From Halarcobacter sp. (GTDB taxonomy: Bacteria; Campylobacterota; Campylobacteria; Campylobacterales; Arcobacteraceae): a DNA stretch of 64,000 nucleotides. The notes beneath the pieces were generated by a model. It was not told where the DNA came from. It worked only from the letters and a program-made list of their open reading frames with translations, and did no database searches. Where the stretch lies: positions 3,008,001 through 3,072,000 of the forward strand of contig OY781089.1 in NCBI GenBank assembly GCA_963676565.1. Direction: 5' to 3'. Positions 19,440-31,544 of the stretch are shown piece by piece (the first letter of the stretch is position 1; the number at the start of each line of letters is the position of its first letter). The position numbers and the translations under genes are program-made.

Positions 19440-20364
19440 TTAATTCACCTAATACTTTCTCTAAACTTGCCATATCAGAAACATTTACAGTTGGTGTTCC
19501 TTTACAAATTTTTCTATTTAGACCTTTTAAAACAATACCATTTCCAAACTCAATCATCATATCTACACTAGAAGCATTAGCACTTACTGATTGCTTATAT
19601 TTAACGGAAGACACCAATTGTTCTGAAAGTAGTTCAATTGCCTCATCCTTTGTAGAATAAGCCTCTGCAGTTACATTTGAAATAACTGGAGAAAATTCAT
19701 CTTTTAAATACTCTTCTAAATATGGCTTTAAATTTTCAACTGCTGATGTTAAAAGTTCACAGTGTGAAGCAACACTCATATCAAGTACAATTGCTCTTTT
19801 TGCTCCAGCTTCTTTAAATGTATCAACTAAGCTTTCAAGGTCAGCTTTAATACCAGCTAAAACTAATTGTCCATCCATATTATAATTTGCTGGCCAAACT
19901 TGTTTTCCAAGTTCTTGTTGCTCTTTACAAATATCCTCAACAACTTTATCTCCCAGTCCAACTAATGCCATCATACCAGCTCCACCACCTGAACAAGCTT
20001 CATTCATAAAAAGCCCTCTTCTATGAACTAGTTCAACTGCATCTAAATAATCTAATGCTCCAGCTGCAACTAATGCTGAAAATTCACCTAATGAATGTCC
20101 TAATACAAATTCTGGTACAACATCACACTTTTCTTTAAAAATTGCATTTGCAATTGAACTTACAAGTAAAATTGCAGGCTGTGTATATTCTGTTTGTCCT
20201 AATTTATCATTTTCTGCAAAAAGAAGTTCTTCAAAATTTATATTTAATCTTTGGCTAGCTTTACTAATCATCTCTTTAGCGATGTCGCTATTTTCAAAAA
20301 AATCTTTTCCCATTCCTACAGATTGACTTCCCTGTCCAGGGAAAATAAAAGCTACTTTTTTCAT
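19432..20364 (-). CDS. fabD: Malonyl-CoA:ACP transacylase
   Basis: FPGQGSQ, TQPA, GHSLGE motifs. Confidence 0.96.
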   Translation of the reverse strand: MKKVAFIFPGQGSQSVGMGKDFFENSDIAKEMISKASQRLNINFEELLFAENDKLGQTEYTQPAILLVSSIANAIFKEKCDVVPEFVLGHSLGEFSALVAAGALDYLDAVELVHRRGLFMNEACSGGGAGMMALVGLGDKVVEDICKEQQELGKQVWPANYNMDGQLVLAGIKADLESLVDTFKEAGAKRAIVLDMSVASHCELLTSAVENLKPYLEEYLKDEFSPVISNVTAEAYSTKDEAIELLSEQLVSSVKYKQSVSANASSVDMMIEFGNGIVLKGLNRKICKGTPTVNVSDMASLEKVLGELND

Positions 20365-20428
20365 CTCTTTTACCTTTTAAATTTAAAATTGAGCAGTATT
20401 ATACTGAAAGTTTTTATTCATATAAATA

Positions 20429-20463
20429 AAAAAGCCCAAGAGTAGCAAACTCTTGGGCTTTTT
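20429..20463. terminator. Rho-independent terminator downstream of slyD
   Basis: AAAAAGCCCAAGAGT-agcaa-ACTCTTGGGCTTTTT. Confidence 0.8.
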
Positions 20464-20512
20464 GTTTAGTTTTAAAACTAAGTTAAAACTACATATTTTC
20501 GCAAACTGCGAA

Positions 20513-21088
20513 CTAATGGCTACAACCACATCCACCATGTGATTGTTGTGGTTGAGGCTCAGATGAACAACATCCACCTTCACTACCATGATCGTGTCCG
20601 CCACCACCGCAGCATCCACCACCCATAGCAGCCATTCCGCCAACTACACCAGTTTGGATCTCTTCTTCAGTTGCATCTCTTAAAGATAATACAGTTACTG
20701 AGAACATTAAAGTTTTACCAGCCATTGGGTGATTATAATCAATTGTTACATCAGAATCAGAAAAAGATTTAACAGTTACTTGAACTGTTTCACCTTGCTC
20801 ACCAGTTCCATATAAAGTCATTCCTTCAGTTAATTCGATTCCTGCAAATTGCTCTTTTGGAAGAGTTTGCATTGCTTCTTCATTATACTCACCATAAGCT
20901 TCTGCTGGTTGAACCATAACATCTGCTTGCTCATTTTCAGCCATTTCAACAAGTTTAGACTCTAAACCTGGAATAATTTGACCTCTACCAGAAATAAATT
21001 CTAAAGGAGCTCCACCAACATTTGAGTCTAGTTGCTCACCAGAATTTGCATCTTTTAAACTATATTCAATACCAATTACTTTTGACAT
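20513..21088 (-). CDS. slyD: FKBP-type peptidyl-prolyl isomerase with His/Cys-rich metal-binding tail
   Basis: G.GQIIPGLE, DYNHPMAGKTL, tail GGGCCGGGGHDHG...GCGCSH. Confidence 0.93.
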   Translation of the reverse strand: MSKVIGIEYSLKDANSGEQLDSNVGGAPLEFISGRGQIIPGLESKLVEMAENEQADVMVQPAEAYGEYNEEAMQTLPKEQFAGIELTEGMTLYGTGEQGETVQVTVKSFSDSDVTIDYNHPMAGKTLMFSVTVLSLRDATEEEIQTGVVGGMAAMGGGCCGGGGHDHGSEGGCCSSEPQPQQSHGGCGCSH

Positions 21089-21106
21089 TATTTTCCTTTA
21101 TAAATT

Positions 21107-22054
21107 TTATTTTAATTTTCTTAATCGTTTTTCAGCTTCTTTTGCCTCTTTTGAATTTGGATACATATCAATTACAGAGGTATAAAAGTTAACTGCGTTT
21201 CCTAAATCATTTGTTTCTTCAAAGGCAATTGCACTATGAAGAAGCAATTCAGGCATATAATCAGCCTTGTCATATAACATTGCTGATGTTTTAAAATACC
21301 TAATGGCATCATCATATTTTTCACGGTAATACCACATATTACCTAAATAAAAATTACTTGCCGCAGGTTTATAGTTTCTCTCAAGTAACTCTTCAAACAT
21401 AGGAATTGCTTTTGTAAACCAATCTTTTTTAAATAGTCTATATGCTTCATTATACATATCTTCACTACTTAAATCGGATGATACCTTTTTTGTTTTAGGT
21501 TTTGCTGTAGATTTATTACTAGTTTTTACGCCTAAAGATTTTTTTAAAGCTTCAAACTCTTCTCTAGTAATAAACTGATTCATATTTGATTTAAACTCTT
21601 TCTCTGAAATATAACTTTTATTAATCTTGTTTATTGTATTGCTTAATTTTTCTACGGCAAGTTTAAGGTTTGCAATATTTTTTGCAAACTCTTCTTGCAT
21701 TAATAAAATCTGTTCTATATCTGTACTGTGTTTTTCAGTAAGTGTTGAATTCTCTTCAACTTTTTTTATAATCTCATTTATCTTTAAAACTGAAGTATTT
21801 AATTTTTGAGAATCACCTTCATAGATAGATTCTAATCCATCAATTCTTTCATTAATTGATTCCAAAGATAATTTTACATCTTTAACTTTTGAATCAACAT
21901 TTTCTAAAGTTTTTCTTGTTTTTAGTAAATTTTTTTCAGTAGAATTTAATCCATAAGGATTTTTTGAATTTAAATCACCCGCACCAAATGCTGAGACCTC
22001 TTCAGCCCCAGCAATGGCACCAAGTAAAAAGAAAGTTAGTGCAAGTTTTTTCAT
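21107..22054 (-). CDS. cpoB: Tol-Pal associated periplasmic coiled-coil/TPR protein (CpoB/YbgF-like)
   Basis: Signal peptide, coiled coil, C-terminal TPRs ending YPNSKEA; downstream of pal. Confidence 0.75.
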   Translation of the reverse strand: MKKLALTFFLLGAIAGAEEVSAFGAGDLNSKNPYGLNSTEKNLLKTRKTLENVDSKVKDVKLSLESINERIDGLESIYEGDSQKLNTSVLKINEIIKKVEENSTLTEKHSTDIEQILLMQEEFAKNIANLKLAVEKLSNTINKINKSYISEKEFKSNMNQFITREEFEALKKSLGVKTSNKSTAKPKTKKVSSDLSSEDMYNEAYRLFKKDWFTKAIPMFEELLERNYKPAASNFYLGNMWYYREKYDDAIRYFKTSAMLYDKADYMPELLLHSAIAFEETNDLGNAVNFYTSVIDMYPNSKEAKEAEKRLRKLK

Positions 22055-22057
22055 AAA

Positions 22058-22606
22058 TTACTTAACTAATTTGTGCTCTGATCTTCTGTTTTTTGACCAA
22101 CAATCTTTATTTTTGTCAGTACATACAGGATTGCTCTCACCAAAACTAACTACAGAAACAGCATCTGAAGCAATTCCGTCCATAACTAAAGCATCTTTTA
22201 CAACTTTTGCTCTTTTTAAACCTAAAGCATAGTTGTACTCATCAGTTCCCCACTCATCACAGTTACCTTCAACTTTGATTGTAGTTCCAGATTGGATACC
22301 TGCTAATTTCGAAGCATTTGATTTTGCAACTTCTTTCATATCAGAAGTTAAGTTATATTTATCAAATCCAAAATAGATATTTTCAATAAATACTTTTTCT
22401 CCATTGATCATATAGTAATAACCTTTATCTGCTCTTTCTAACATTGCATCATTGATAACTTCATCTTGAATATTTGAGTTATCGATATTATTTAATGCTG
22501 ATTCAGAGTTTTTTGGAGCTTCATTTCCAACTTCTACCTCTTTTTGACTACATCCAGTAAATAATACTGCTGCAACTAAGAAAGTATAAATGCTTAATTT
22601 CTTCAT
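22058..22606 (-). CDS. pal: Peptidoglycan-associated lipoprotein
   Basis: Lipobox FTGC; IYFGFDK, EGNCDEWGTDEYNYALG, NRR OmpA-like domain. Confidence 0.93.
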   Translation of the reverse strand: MKKLSIYTFLVAAVLFTGCSQKEVEVGNEAPKNSESALNNIDNSNIQDEVINDAMLERADKGYYYMINGEKVFIENIYFGFDKYNLTSDMKEVAKSNASKLAGIQSGTTIKVEGNCDEWGTDEYNYALGLKRAKVVKDALVMDGIASDAVSVVSFGESNPVCTDKNKDCWSKNRRSEHKLVK

Positions 22607-22736
22607 GGCGTTGTTTCCTTATTTAAAATTTCAATTGATTTTACTAAATCTAAACTTAAGCTCGGTTTACAAGGGTTTTTGAGATTTTGTATATCTTGTA
22701 AAATTATTATACATTATCTTAAAATACCCTTTAATT

Positions 22737-24011
22737 TTACCAATCTATTGATTGGATTTTCCCATTTTTAAGTGGGAACAAATATGATTTATCATGATTA
22801 AGTCTGATAATTCCAATAGAACTTCTATCTCTAACTGTTTTTAGAAAAATAACTGATTCACCATCTGGTGAAAATTTAGGAAATTGATTACTTCCATTTG
22901 CAGTTAGTCTTTTAAGATAATCAGATTTTGTAGACATCAAATATAGATTAAAGGCAAAATCACCAAATTCATTCCCTTTATCCCTACTTGTGTAAACTAT
23001 ATAATCTTTAAAAGTAGTTGCAGATGAGTTATTTTTTCCATGGTAAACTAATCTTTCAACTCCCCTACTTCCAAGTTTTTTTGCAAAAATATTTGGATAA
23101 CTCAATCTATCAGAAACAAAAACGATTTTTGAATCATTTTCTACAAATCTAGCTCCAACATCAATCCCTTTATAAGTAGTAAGTCTAATTTTAGATTTAT
23201 TTCTTGTATCATAAAGATAAATATCTGGTTGATATTCTGGGCTGGCAGTAATTAAAACCTTTTTTCCATCTTCACTTATATCAGACGCTACAATCATACC
23301 TTCACTTTTCATGATAGTTTCTCTTTTTCTAGTGTAAAGATTTGTTTTTACAAGTGTTGGGATACCTTTATCATAAGTTGTGTAGTAAAACTCTTCTTGC
23401 TTAGTTTTACTTGCCCATTTAGGGAAAATATTTAGTCCACCTCTAATAACTGGTTTTTGGAAAGTTAAAGTATAATCAGCAATTATAATATCAGCTTTTC
23501 TTGCTTCTTTATATTGTGAAAATAAAACAAACTTATCCATCCACTCTATTGATGGTGCTTTTAGATGTTTGTTAACTGCAATTGAGATTCTGTGTGCTAA
23601 AAATGGATATCTATCTTCTAAAGAAGTTGTAAAACTTCTATTAAATACTAACTGTCTTGTATTTATATCAAATAACTTAACCATAACAGAGATTCCACCA
23701 AATCCACTAACTTGTGTATTTATATTTAAAAACAAGTCAGTTCCTCTATTTGAAAGAGTAAGAACATTTGGCATTGAATTATAATCAACACTTTCGTTTG
23801 ATTTTAATACGTCAAAGTGACCACTTACTTCCAAATCTTTTTCGATCATTTTTTTAATTTTAGTTGTTAATGTTTTTTTCATTGTATTAGGTGAAACACC
23901 AATCTCTACTTTTGGAAGATTTGTAGAGTTTTTTACAATATCAAGTTCTGCATCAGCTGCAAAAACAGAAATAGAAAATATTAAAACTGAAACAATTAAT
24001 TTTTTTATCAT
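22737..24011 (-). CDS. tolB: Tol-Pal beta-propeller protein
   Basis: Signal peptide, PD40-like repeats (FVSDR, PKFSPDG); tol operon context. Confidence 0.9.
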   Translation of the reverse strand: MIKKLIVSVLIFSISVFAADAELDIVKNSTNLPKVEIGVSPNTMKKTLTTKIKKMIEKDLEVSGHFDVLKSNESVDYNSMPNVLTLSNRGTDLFLNINTQVSGFGGISVMVKLFDINTRQLVFNRSFTTSLEDRYPFLAHRISIAVNKHLKAPSIEWMDKFVLFSQYKEARKADIIIADYTLTFQKPVIRGGLNIFPKWASKTKQEEFYYTTYDKGIPTLVKTNLYTRKRETIMKSEGMIVASDISEDGKKVLITASPEYQPDIYLYDTRNKSKIRLTTYKGIDVGARFVENDSKIVFVSDRLSYPNIFAKKLGSRGVERLVYHGKNNSSATTFKDYIVYTSRDKGNEFGDFAFNLYLMSTKSDYLKRLTANGSNQFPKFSPDGESVIFLKTVRDRSSIGIIRLNHDKSYLFPLKNGKIQSIDW

Positions 24012-24015
24012 TTAT

Positions 24016-24750
24016 TTATCCTTCTGATTTAAAGTTTATAATAATATCAACTTTAGAGTTAATTTTGTGTGTAGGAAAGCTTTCATTTATTTGACTTTCT
24101 AAAAACTCTTTTAATGATTGATCAAATCTGTCATTTCCAGAATATTTCATTACTCTATAATCAAATACTCCACTATTTGTAATCATTACAAGAACTTTCA
24201 CGGTAAGACCTGGCTCTAAAAGTGAGGGATTCCATCTTTGCCATAAAATCTCTTTAATTTTTGAAAAATATTCATGCTCTTCACCATTTGATGTTGCAGA
24301 TGTTTTTGGCATATTTGTTGTAGTTTTTGTATCATTTAAAAGTTTATTTACATTTAGATTATCAGTTTTCTTTTGTTTTTGAAATTTTGATTTAAATCTA
24401 CTTGGATCTAAAGATTCTTTTACGGTACTAGTATTTTCTTTAACAACTTTTTTTGCAGTAGTTTTTACTTTTGCAAAAAGTGACTTTGCATCTACACCTT
24501 TTTGTTCACTTGACCTTGATGTTGATTTTTTTACTACTTCTTTAGGTTTAGGTTTTTGAACACTTTTTTTAGCAACTTTTTTTTCTGTTGCTTTTGTTGA
24601 AATCAATTCTAATTCTAAAACAGTCGTTTTTGAAGAATCATATTTTTTTGGTTTTGGTGCATAAATATAAAGTAAAAAAGTGAAACATATTGCTAAATAA
24701 ACTGTAATTGATAAGAATCCAGATAGATAAAAAATACCTTTTTTTTCCAT
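24016..24750 (-). CDS. tolA: TolA/TonB-like protein
   Basis: N-terminal TM, Lys-rich linker, C-terminal SG...FD domain; between tolR and tolB. Confidence 0.7.
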   Translation of the reverse strand: MEKKGIFYLSGFLSITVYLAICFTFLLYIYAPKPKKYDSSKTTVLELELISTKATEKKVAKKSVQKPKPKEVVKKSTSRSSEQKGVDAKSLFAKVKTTAKKVVKENTSTVKESLDPSRFKSKFQKQKKTDNLNVNKLLNDTKTTTNMPKTSATSNGEEHEYFSKIKEILWQRWNPSLLEPGLTVKVLVMITNSGVFDYRVMKYSGNDRFDQSLKEFLESQINESFPTHKINSKVDIIINFKSEG

Positions 24751-24752
24751 AA

Positions 24753-25145
24753 TTACCCATCAGTTATTAATGCAACTTTGTAAAAACCAGCTTCTTTTAC
24801 TGATTTTAATACAAACATAATATCATTATAAATTAAAGTTTTTTCTGCTCTTATATGAATTGGAATATTTCTATCTTGTTCCTTTGCAAATAAAACAAAG
24901 TTATCAGGGAAACTATCAAGTTCATATTTCTTTTTATTTACAATTACCATTCTATCTTTTGTAATTAATATATTGATTTTTTTAACTGCTTGAATAGATT
25001 TTGAAGCACTTCCTTGAGGAAGATTAATAGGTTCTTCAAATTCTATTACTGGTGCTGTAACCATTAAGATTGCAAGAAGTACTAGCATAATATCAACTAA
25101 AGGGGTAATATTTAAATCAGGTTTTTGGTTATAATCAAACACCAT
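24753..25145 (-). CDS. tolR: ExbD/TolR family protein
   Basis: LNITPLVDIMLVLL motif. Confidence 0.88.
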   Translation of the reverse strand: MVFDYNQKPDLNITPLVDIMLVLLAILMVTAPVIEFEEPINLPQGSASKSIQAVKKINILITKDRMVIVNKKKYELDSFPDNFVLFAKEQDRNIPIHIRAEKTLIYNDIMFVLKSVKEAGFYKVALITDG

Positions 25146-25706
25146 TTACCCTTTAGCTATCAAAATTTCTGATTGTGCCTTTATATAAGTATTTAACTCA
25201 TAAACTTTTCTTGTCAAAATTTGATGAAAAGTATAAGCAAATATAGCTACAAAAATACCAGCTGCGGTTGCAACTAAAGCTTCACTAATTGCTGGAGCAA
25301 TAACAGAAAAACCAACTTTACTTTCATTTGAAAATTTTGCAAATGACTCTAATATTCCAACTACTGTACCAAATAAACCAACAAAAGGTGCAGTTGAAGC
25401 AATAATTGATAACCATGTTATACCAACACTTGCATCTTTAATAATATTAATCTCACAAGCATTTAATATCTCTTTTGTATGAACACTATTAGAACATTTA
25501 TGTAATGCAGACATAGGAGATAAAGTAGAACTTCTAGAAGTTAAGTCATCAAGTGATTTTTTTTCATTGAAAATAGAAGATTTAATAGATAAAAATCTAT
25601 AAATAAAAATCCAAAAACATAATACGAAGTAGAATGAGAGTGTCAATAACACTAAAAGTGTTATTGCACTACCATTACCTAAGTAGTCTAAAGCTGTATC
25701 AATCAT
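25146..25706 (-). CDS. tolQ: MotA/TolQ/ExbB proton channel protein
   Basis: APFVGLFGTVVGI, ISEALVATAAG motifs. Confidence 0.88.
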   Translation of the reverse strand: MIDTALDYLGNGSAITLLVLLTLSFYFVLCFWIFIYRFLSIKSSIFNEKKSLDDLTSRSSTLSPMSALHKCSNSVHTKEILNACEINIIKDASVGITWLSIIASTAPFVGLFGTVVGILESFAKFSNESKVGFSVIAPAISEALVATAAGIFVAIFAYTFHQILTRKVYELNTYIKAQSEILIAKG

Positions 25707-25713
25707 TCTTTTC

Positions 25714-26091
25714 TTACGCGAAAGAGTTGATTTTTGCTTCTACTGCTGCTAATGATACATTTGCATCTTTAACAGAGTTAACTAAGTCTTTTGCAGCCTC
25801 AATATTTTTAGCGATTTCTGAATCTTTTCCAGCTGTTAGAGCAACTGCTCCATCAACTAAACAATCAACAGAACTTTCACTAACTTTTACATGTCCCCAA
25901 TTAATAGCGACAGCTTCAGTTGAGTCTGCTTTTTCTATAATAATTACGCCAACTGTTAGTGAAGAAACTAAAGATGCGTGTCCAGGTAGAACACCGAACT
26001 CTCCCTCTTTTCCAGGAAGAGTTACACTCTTTACTTCATCACTAAAAATTTGACCATTTGGTGCAACTATCGATAATTTTAATGTATCCAT
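25714..26091 (-). CDS. atpC: ATP synthase epsilon subunit
   Basis: PG.EGEFGVLPGH motif; follows atpD. Confidence 0.95.
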   Translation of the reverse strand: MDTLKLSIVAPNGQIFSDEVKSVTLPGKEGEFGVLPGHASLVSSLTVGVIIIEKADSTEAVAINWGHVKVSESSVDCLVDGAVALTAGKDSEIAKNIEAAKDLVNSVKDANVSLAAVEAKINSFA

Positions 26092-26105
26092 AAAGCCGCC
26101 TTTAA

Positions 26106-27518
<1,413 letters not shown>

Positions 27519-28406
27519 TTATTTTAATGATTCAACACCACTGATAATTTCAATCAGCTCGGTTGTAATTGCAGCTTGTCTAGCTTTATTATATTCAACT
27601 GTTAACGAATCAACTCTCTCTTTTGCATTTGTTGTTGCAGCGTCCATTGCTTGCATTCTAGCACTATGCTCAGCAGCCAATGAATCAATTAAAGAGTAAT
27701 ACATATTAAAATCAATGTATTTAGCAGTTAATTCTTCTAACACTTCTTCATCATCATCTGGTTCAATTTCTAACATTGAAGATTCATTTTCAGAAATTTC
27801 AACATTTTCTAAACTAATTGGTAATAAATCTCTTACTCTAATCTCTTGAGTAAGCATATTTAAGAAACCATTATAAACCAAAACAACTTTATCTGTTTCA
27901 CCTTTTTGGAAGTCTTTAACAACCTCACCAATAAACTCTGCAGCTCTATCATAATCAGGAGCAGAAGATAAGTCAGATACTTTTTGTGTTAATTCAACAC
28001 CTTGGAATGAAAAGTAGTCAACACCTTTTCTTCCTGCTACTCTATATCTAACTTTTGCACCTTTTGCTTCATATTCAGCTGCTAATTTACTAACTGTTTT
28101 GATTGTTGCCATGTTAAAACCACCACAAAGACCTTTGTCAGCAGTTACAAAAACTAAATCAACAGTTTTTGGGTTTTCAACTGGTACAAATGCTTTACTA
28201 TCATTTCCACCATCTTGAACTTTGCTAACTCTGTTTGCAATCTCAGAAAGAACTTGATTAATCTTCTTTGCATAACTTCTAGCTTGGTCAGACAATTGTC
28301 TAGTTCTAGTAAGTTTTGCAGAAGATACAAGCTTCATAGCTTTTGTAGTCTTCTGAGTGTTTTTAACACTTCCAATTTTTAATTTAATCTCTTTTAAGTT
28401 AGCCAT
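27519..28406 (-). CDS. atpG: ATP synthase gamma subunit
   Basis: DKGLCGGFN, RQAAITTELIEI motifs. Confidence 0.98.
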   Translation of the reverse strand: MANLKEIKLKIGSVKNTQKTTKAMKLVSSAKLTRTRQLSDQARSYAKKINQVLSEIANRVSKVQDGGNDSKAFVPVENPKTVDLVFVTADKGLCGGFNMATIKTVSKLAAEYEAKGAKVRYRVAGRKGVDYFSFQGVELTQKVSDLSSAPDYDRAAEFIGEVVKDFQKGETDKVVLVYNGFLNMLTQEIRVRDLLPISLENVEISENESSMLEIEPDDDEEVLEELTAKYIDFNMYYSLIDSLAAEHSARMQAMDAATTNAKERVDSLTVEYNKARQAAITTELIEIISGVESLK

Positions 28407-28415
28407 AGACTATCC

Positions 28416-29933
28416 TTATTTTGCGCTGAAAACAGTTTTGAACTCTTCTAATGCAGCTTTTAATGCTGTTTCAGTATCTTCTTCAAGTTTTTTTGCTGTT
28501 TTAATTGAATCTAAAATATTTGCATATTTTTGCTCAATAAATGCATGTAATTCTTCTTCAAATCTTACAACATCTTCTACAGCTACATCTTCTAAGTAAC
28601 CTTTTGTACCAGCATAGATGATAACAATTTGTTTTTCAATTACTAATGGTTTATTAACACCTTGTTTTAATACTTCAACCATTCTTTGACCAAGTTCTAA
28701 CTCTTTTCTTGTACTTTCGTCAAGGTCAGATGCAAACTGTGCGAATGCTTCAAGCTCTCTAAATTGTGCAAGAGATAATTTTAATGTACCAGCAACTTGT
28801 TTAGTAGCTTTAATTTGTGCAGCACCACCAACTCTTGATACTGATAAACCTACGTTAATAGCTGGTCTGATACCAGAGTTAAATAGGTTAGTTTCAAGGA
28901 AAATTTGTCCATCTGTAATTGAAATTACGTTAGTTGGAATATATGCAGCAACGTCACCAGCTTGTGTTTCAATAATTGGTAATGCAGTCATAGAACCAGC
29001 ACCTCTTTCATCTGAAAGTTTAGCAGCTCTTTCTAATAATCTTGAGTGTAGATAGAATACATCCCCTGGGAACGCCTCTCTACCTGGAGGTCTTCTTAAT
29101 AATAAAGACATTTCTCTATATGCAACTGCGTGTTTTGATAAATCATCATAAACGATAAGTGCGTGTTTACCATTATCTCTAAAGTACTCACCAATTGTAA
29201 CACCAGTATATGGAGCTAAGAATTGTAAAGCTGAAGATTCAGAAGCACCAGCATTAACAACAATTGTATAATCCATAGCACCTGATTCTTCTAATGTTCT
29301 AACAACAGAAGCAACAGAAGAAGCTTTTTGTCCAATTGCAACATAAATACAAATTACATCTTCACCTTTTTGGTTAAGAATTGTATCAATAGCAACTGTA
29401 GTTTTACCAGTTTGTCTATCTCCAATGATAAGCTCTCTTTGTCCACGTCCTATTGGAACAAGTGCATCAATTGCTTTAATACCAGTTTGTAATGGTTCAT
29501 GAACAGATTTTCTAGCCATGATACCTGGTGCTTTTTCTTCAACAAATCTTGATTCAGATGATTCAATTGCACCTTTACCATCAATAGGATCACCAAGAGC
29601 ATTAACAACTCTTCCAACCATACCTTCACCAACTGGAGTTTCTAATAATTTACCTAATCTCTTACAAGAAGAACCTTCTCTTAATCCTTCTCCTGATCCA
29701 AGTACAACAACACCAACTGAAGACTCTTCTAAGTTTGAAGCAAGACCTCTCTCACCATTTTCAAACTCTACAATTTCTCCAGCCATAACGTTCTTAAGAC
29801 CGTATACTTGTGCAATACCATCTGCAAAAGAGATGATTTTTCCCGTTTCGTTAACATCTACATTTAATTCAAAGTTATCAATTCTTTCTTTGATGATTGA
29901 ACTGATTTCATCTGCTTGAATTTTTGCACCCAT
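28416..29933 (-). CDS. atpA: ATP synthase alpha subunit
   Basis: [16 protein letters not shown] motifs. Confidence 0.99.
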   Translation of the reverse strand: MGAKIQADEISSIIKERIDNFELNVDVNETGKIISFADGIAQVYGLKNVMAGEIVEFENGERGLASNLEESSVGVVVLGSGEGLREGSSCKRLGKLLETPVGEGMVGRVVNALGDPIDGKGAIESSESRFVEEKAPGIMARKSVHEPLQTGIKAIDALVPIGRGQRELIIGDRQTGKTTVAIDTILNQKGEDVICIYVAIGQKASSVASVVRTLEESGAMDYTIVVNAGASESSALQFLAPYTGVTIGEYFRDNGKHALIVYDDLSKHAVAYREMSLLLRRPPGREAFPGDVFYLHSRLLERAAKLSDERGAGSMTALPIIETQAGDVAAYIPTNVISITDGQIFLETNLFNSGIRPAINVGLSVSRVGGAAQIKATKQVAGTLKLSLAQFRELEAFAQFASDLDESTRKELELGQRMVEVLKQGVNKPLVIEKQIVIIYAGTKGYLEDVAVEDVVRFEEELHAFIEQKYANILDSIKTAKKLEEDTETALKAALEEFKTVFSAK

Positions 29934-29954
29934 TCAATTTCTCCTTTATAAGTT

Positions 29955-30485
29955 CTAAACTGCTTTTAAAATATGATCAATCATTTGTGATTTTAATCTC
30001 TCTTTTGAGAATGAAATCTCAACACCAAGAGAATCAATATCTACCTTGATACCATCATAATCACAAACGTTTTGTGATAGTGATAAATTAACATTAAATT
30101 TTTTACTAAATTGTTCTTCTATTGAAGACATATATTTTTCATCTAATTTATTGTTAGTGTACACTACACCTGTATATGAGTTATTCATTATTGCTATTTT
30201 AGATTCTAAATCTTTAACAATATCTGGAATAAGTTCAAGTCTTTTGTTAGCCCCTAGTAACTTAACAAAATTCTTTAATTCATCTCCACTATTTTCAATA
30301 AATGAAATAACTAATTCAACTTTTTCACTATTTTTAACTTCTGATGAAGCTATAATAGATACAAACTTCTCATCAGCAAAAGCTGAAGAAATAGCTTTTA
30401 AATCATTACAAATAGCAGTTGCAGACTCAACATCTCTACCATCCAATAATGCCTTAACATATCTTTTTGCTATTAAATCATTCAT
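29955..30485 (-). CDS. atpH: ATP synthase delta subunit
   Basis: IAKRYVKAL N-terminus; position between atpF and atpA. Confidence 0.9.
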   Translation of the reverse strand: MNDLIAKRYVKALLDGRDVESATAICNDLKAISSAFADEKFVSIIASSEVKNSEKVELVISFIENSGDELKNFVKLLGANKRLELIPDIVKDLESKIAIMNNSYTGVVYTNNKLDEKYMSSIEEQFSKKFNVNLSLSQNVCDYDGIKVDIDSLGVEISFSKERLKSQMIDHILKAV

Positions 30486-31003
30486 TACGCTACCTTCTTA
30501 AGAACAATATTTGCTAACTCATCTTGTGATAATGAAACATTGTCTGAACTTAATAGCTCTTCAAGAATTTCTGAAACAATTTGTTTCTTAGCTTTAGAAG
30601 TTTCAACTTTGATTCTTTCATCAAAGCTTTTGTTTAAGTTTGCGATTTCAGCATCAACTGCTTCAGCAACTTTTTTCTTAACAGAATCAATATCTGCTTT
30701 TGCAGTTTCAACAATTTCCGCTGCTAAAGCTTTTGATTCTTCAAGTTTTTTATTTGCATCTTCTACTTTATCTTTTGAAGCTTTTAAAGTATCTTGTACT
30801 TTATCAAGCTCTGCTTGAATTGAAGCAGTTCTATCTGCAAAGAATGCTTTGATTTTATCAGCAAGCAAGTACCATAAAATTCCAGCAAAAATTATAAAGT
30901 TAACGGTTCTTTGAACTATATCATAGTTTGTTTCCGCACCTTCACTATTAGCGAGCAATGCCACAGGAGCCAGCGCTAATCCAAGTAATAATAATTTTTT
31001 CAA
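30485..31003 (-). CDS. atpF: ATP synthase b subunit
   Basis: RTVNFIIFAGIL TM followed by coiled coil. Confidence 0.9.
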   Translation of the reverse strand: MKKLLLLGLALAPVALLANSEGAETNYDIVQRTVNFIIFAGILWYLLADKIKAFFADRTASIQAELDKVQDTLKASKDKVEDANKKLEESKALAAEIVETAKADIDSVKKKVAEAVDAEIANLNKSFDERIKVETSKAKKQIVSEILEELLSSDNVSLSQDELANIVLKKVA

Positions 31004-31017
31004 CCCTAACCTCCTAA

Positions 31018-31440
31018 TTAAATTGAGCTAATCTTAGCTTTCAAGCTCTCATTAAATTGAGGCATTGCAGCTACTAATGATTCTTTTAAAGCTTTCGTTT
31101 CTGCTTCTAAATCTTTTGTAAAGTTTGCAGATTTAGCTTCTAGATCCTCTTTAGCACTTGCAAGCTTTGCATCAGCAACTTCTTTCGCTTCGTTATATGC
31201 TTGTTCTCTAATTGCAGCTGCTTCTTTTTTAGCTTCAGCAATAACATGATTTGCTTCTTCTAACATCCCATCTACATCAGCAGAGTTTGATTGAGCATTT
31301 GCCAAGTCTTTTTTGATTGACGCTGCTCTATCATCCATATGCTTTAATAGAGGTGTAAATAGACAGCTGTTTAGTCTAGCAACAACTAAAAGAAAGATTA
31401 CTGCTGTACCTAGCAATAATACAGGACTTATGTCTAACAT
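31018..31440 (-). CDS. atpF2: ATP synthase b' subunit
   Basis: N-terminal TM, LF.PLL..MD.R, coiled coil. Confidence 0.88.
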   Translation of the reverse strand: MLDISPVLLLGTAVIFLLVVARLNSCLFTPLLKHMDDRAASIKKDLANAQSNSADVDGMLEEANHVIAEAKKEAAAIREQAYNEAKEVADAKLASAKEDLEAKSANFTKDLEAETKALKESLVAAMPQFNESLKAKISSI

Positions 31441-31544
31441 TCATTCCTCCATATTTTTTACAGTTTAGTTTGACTAAAACTGCCTAAATTTTATCCAAAA
31501 GTATTATAAACTTATATTAAAATGAGTAAAATAAGAAAAGAATT

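Noticed and set aside
20513..20640. GC-rich His/Cys/Gly low-complexity stretch and overlapping 86-aa ORF (20383-20643)
   Set aside because: Known SlyD metal-binding tail; the alternative-frame ORF runs through a terminator and is likely spurious.
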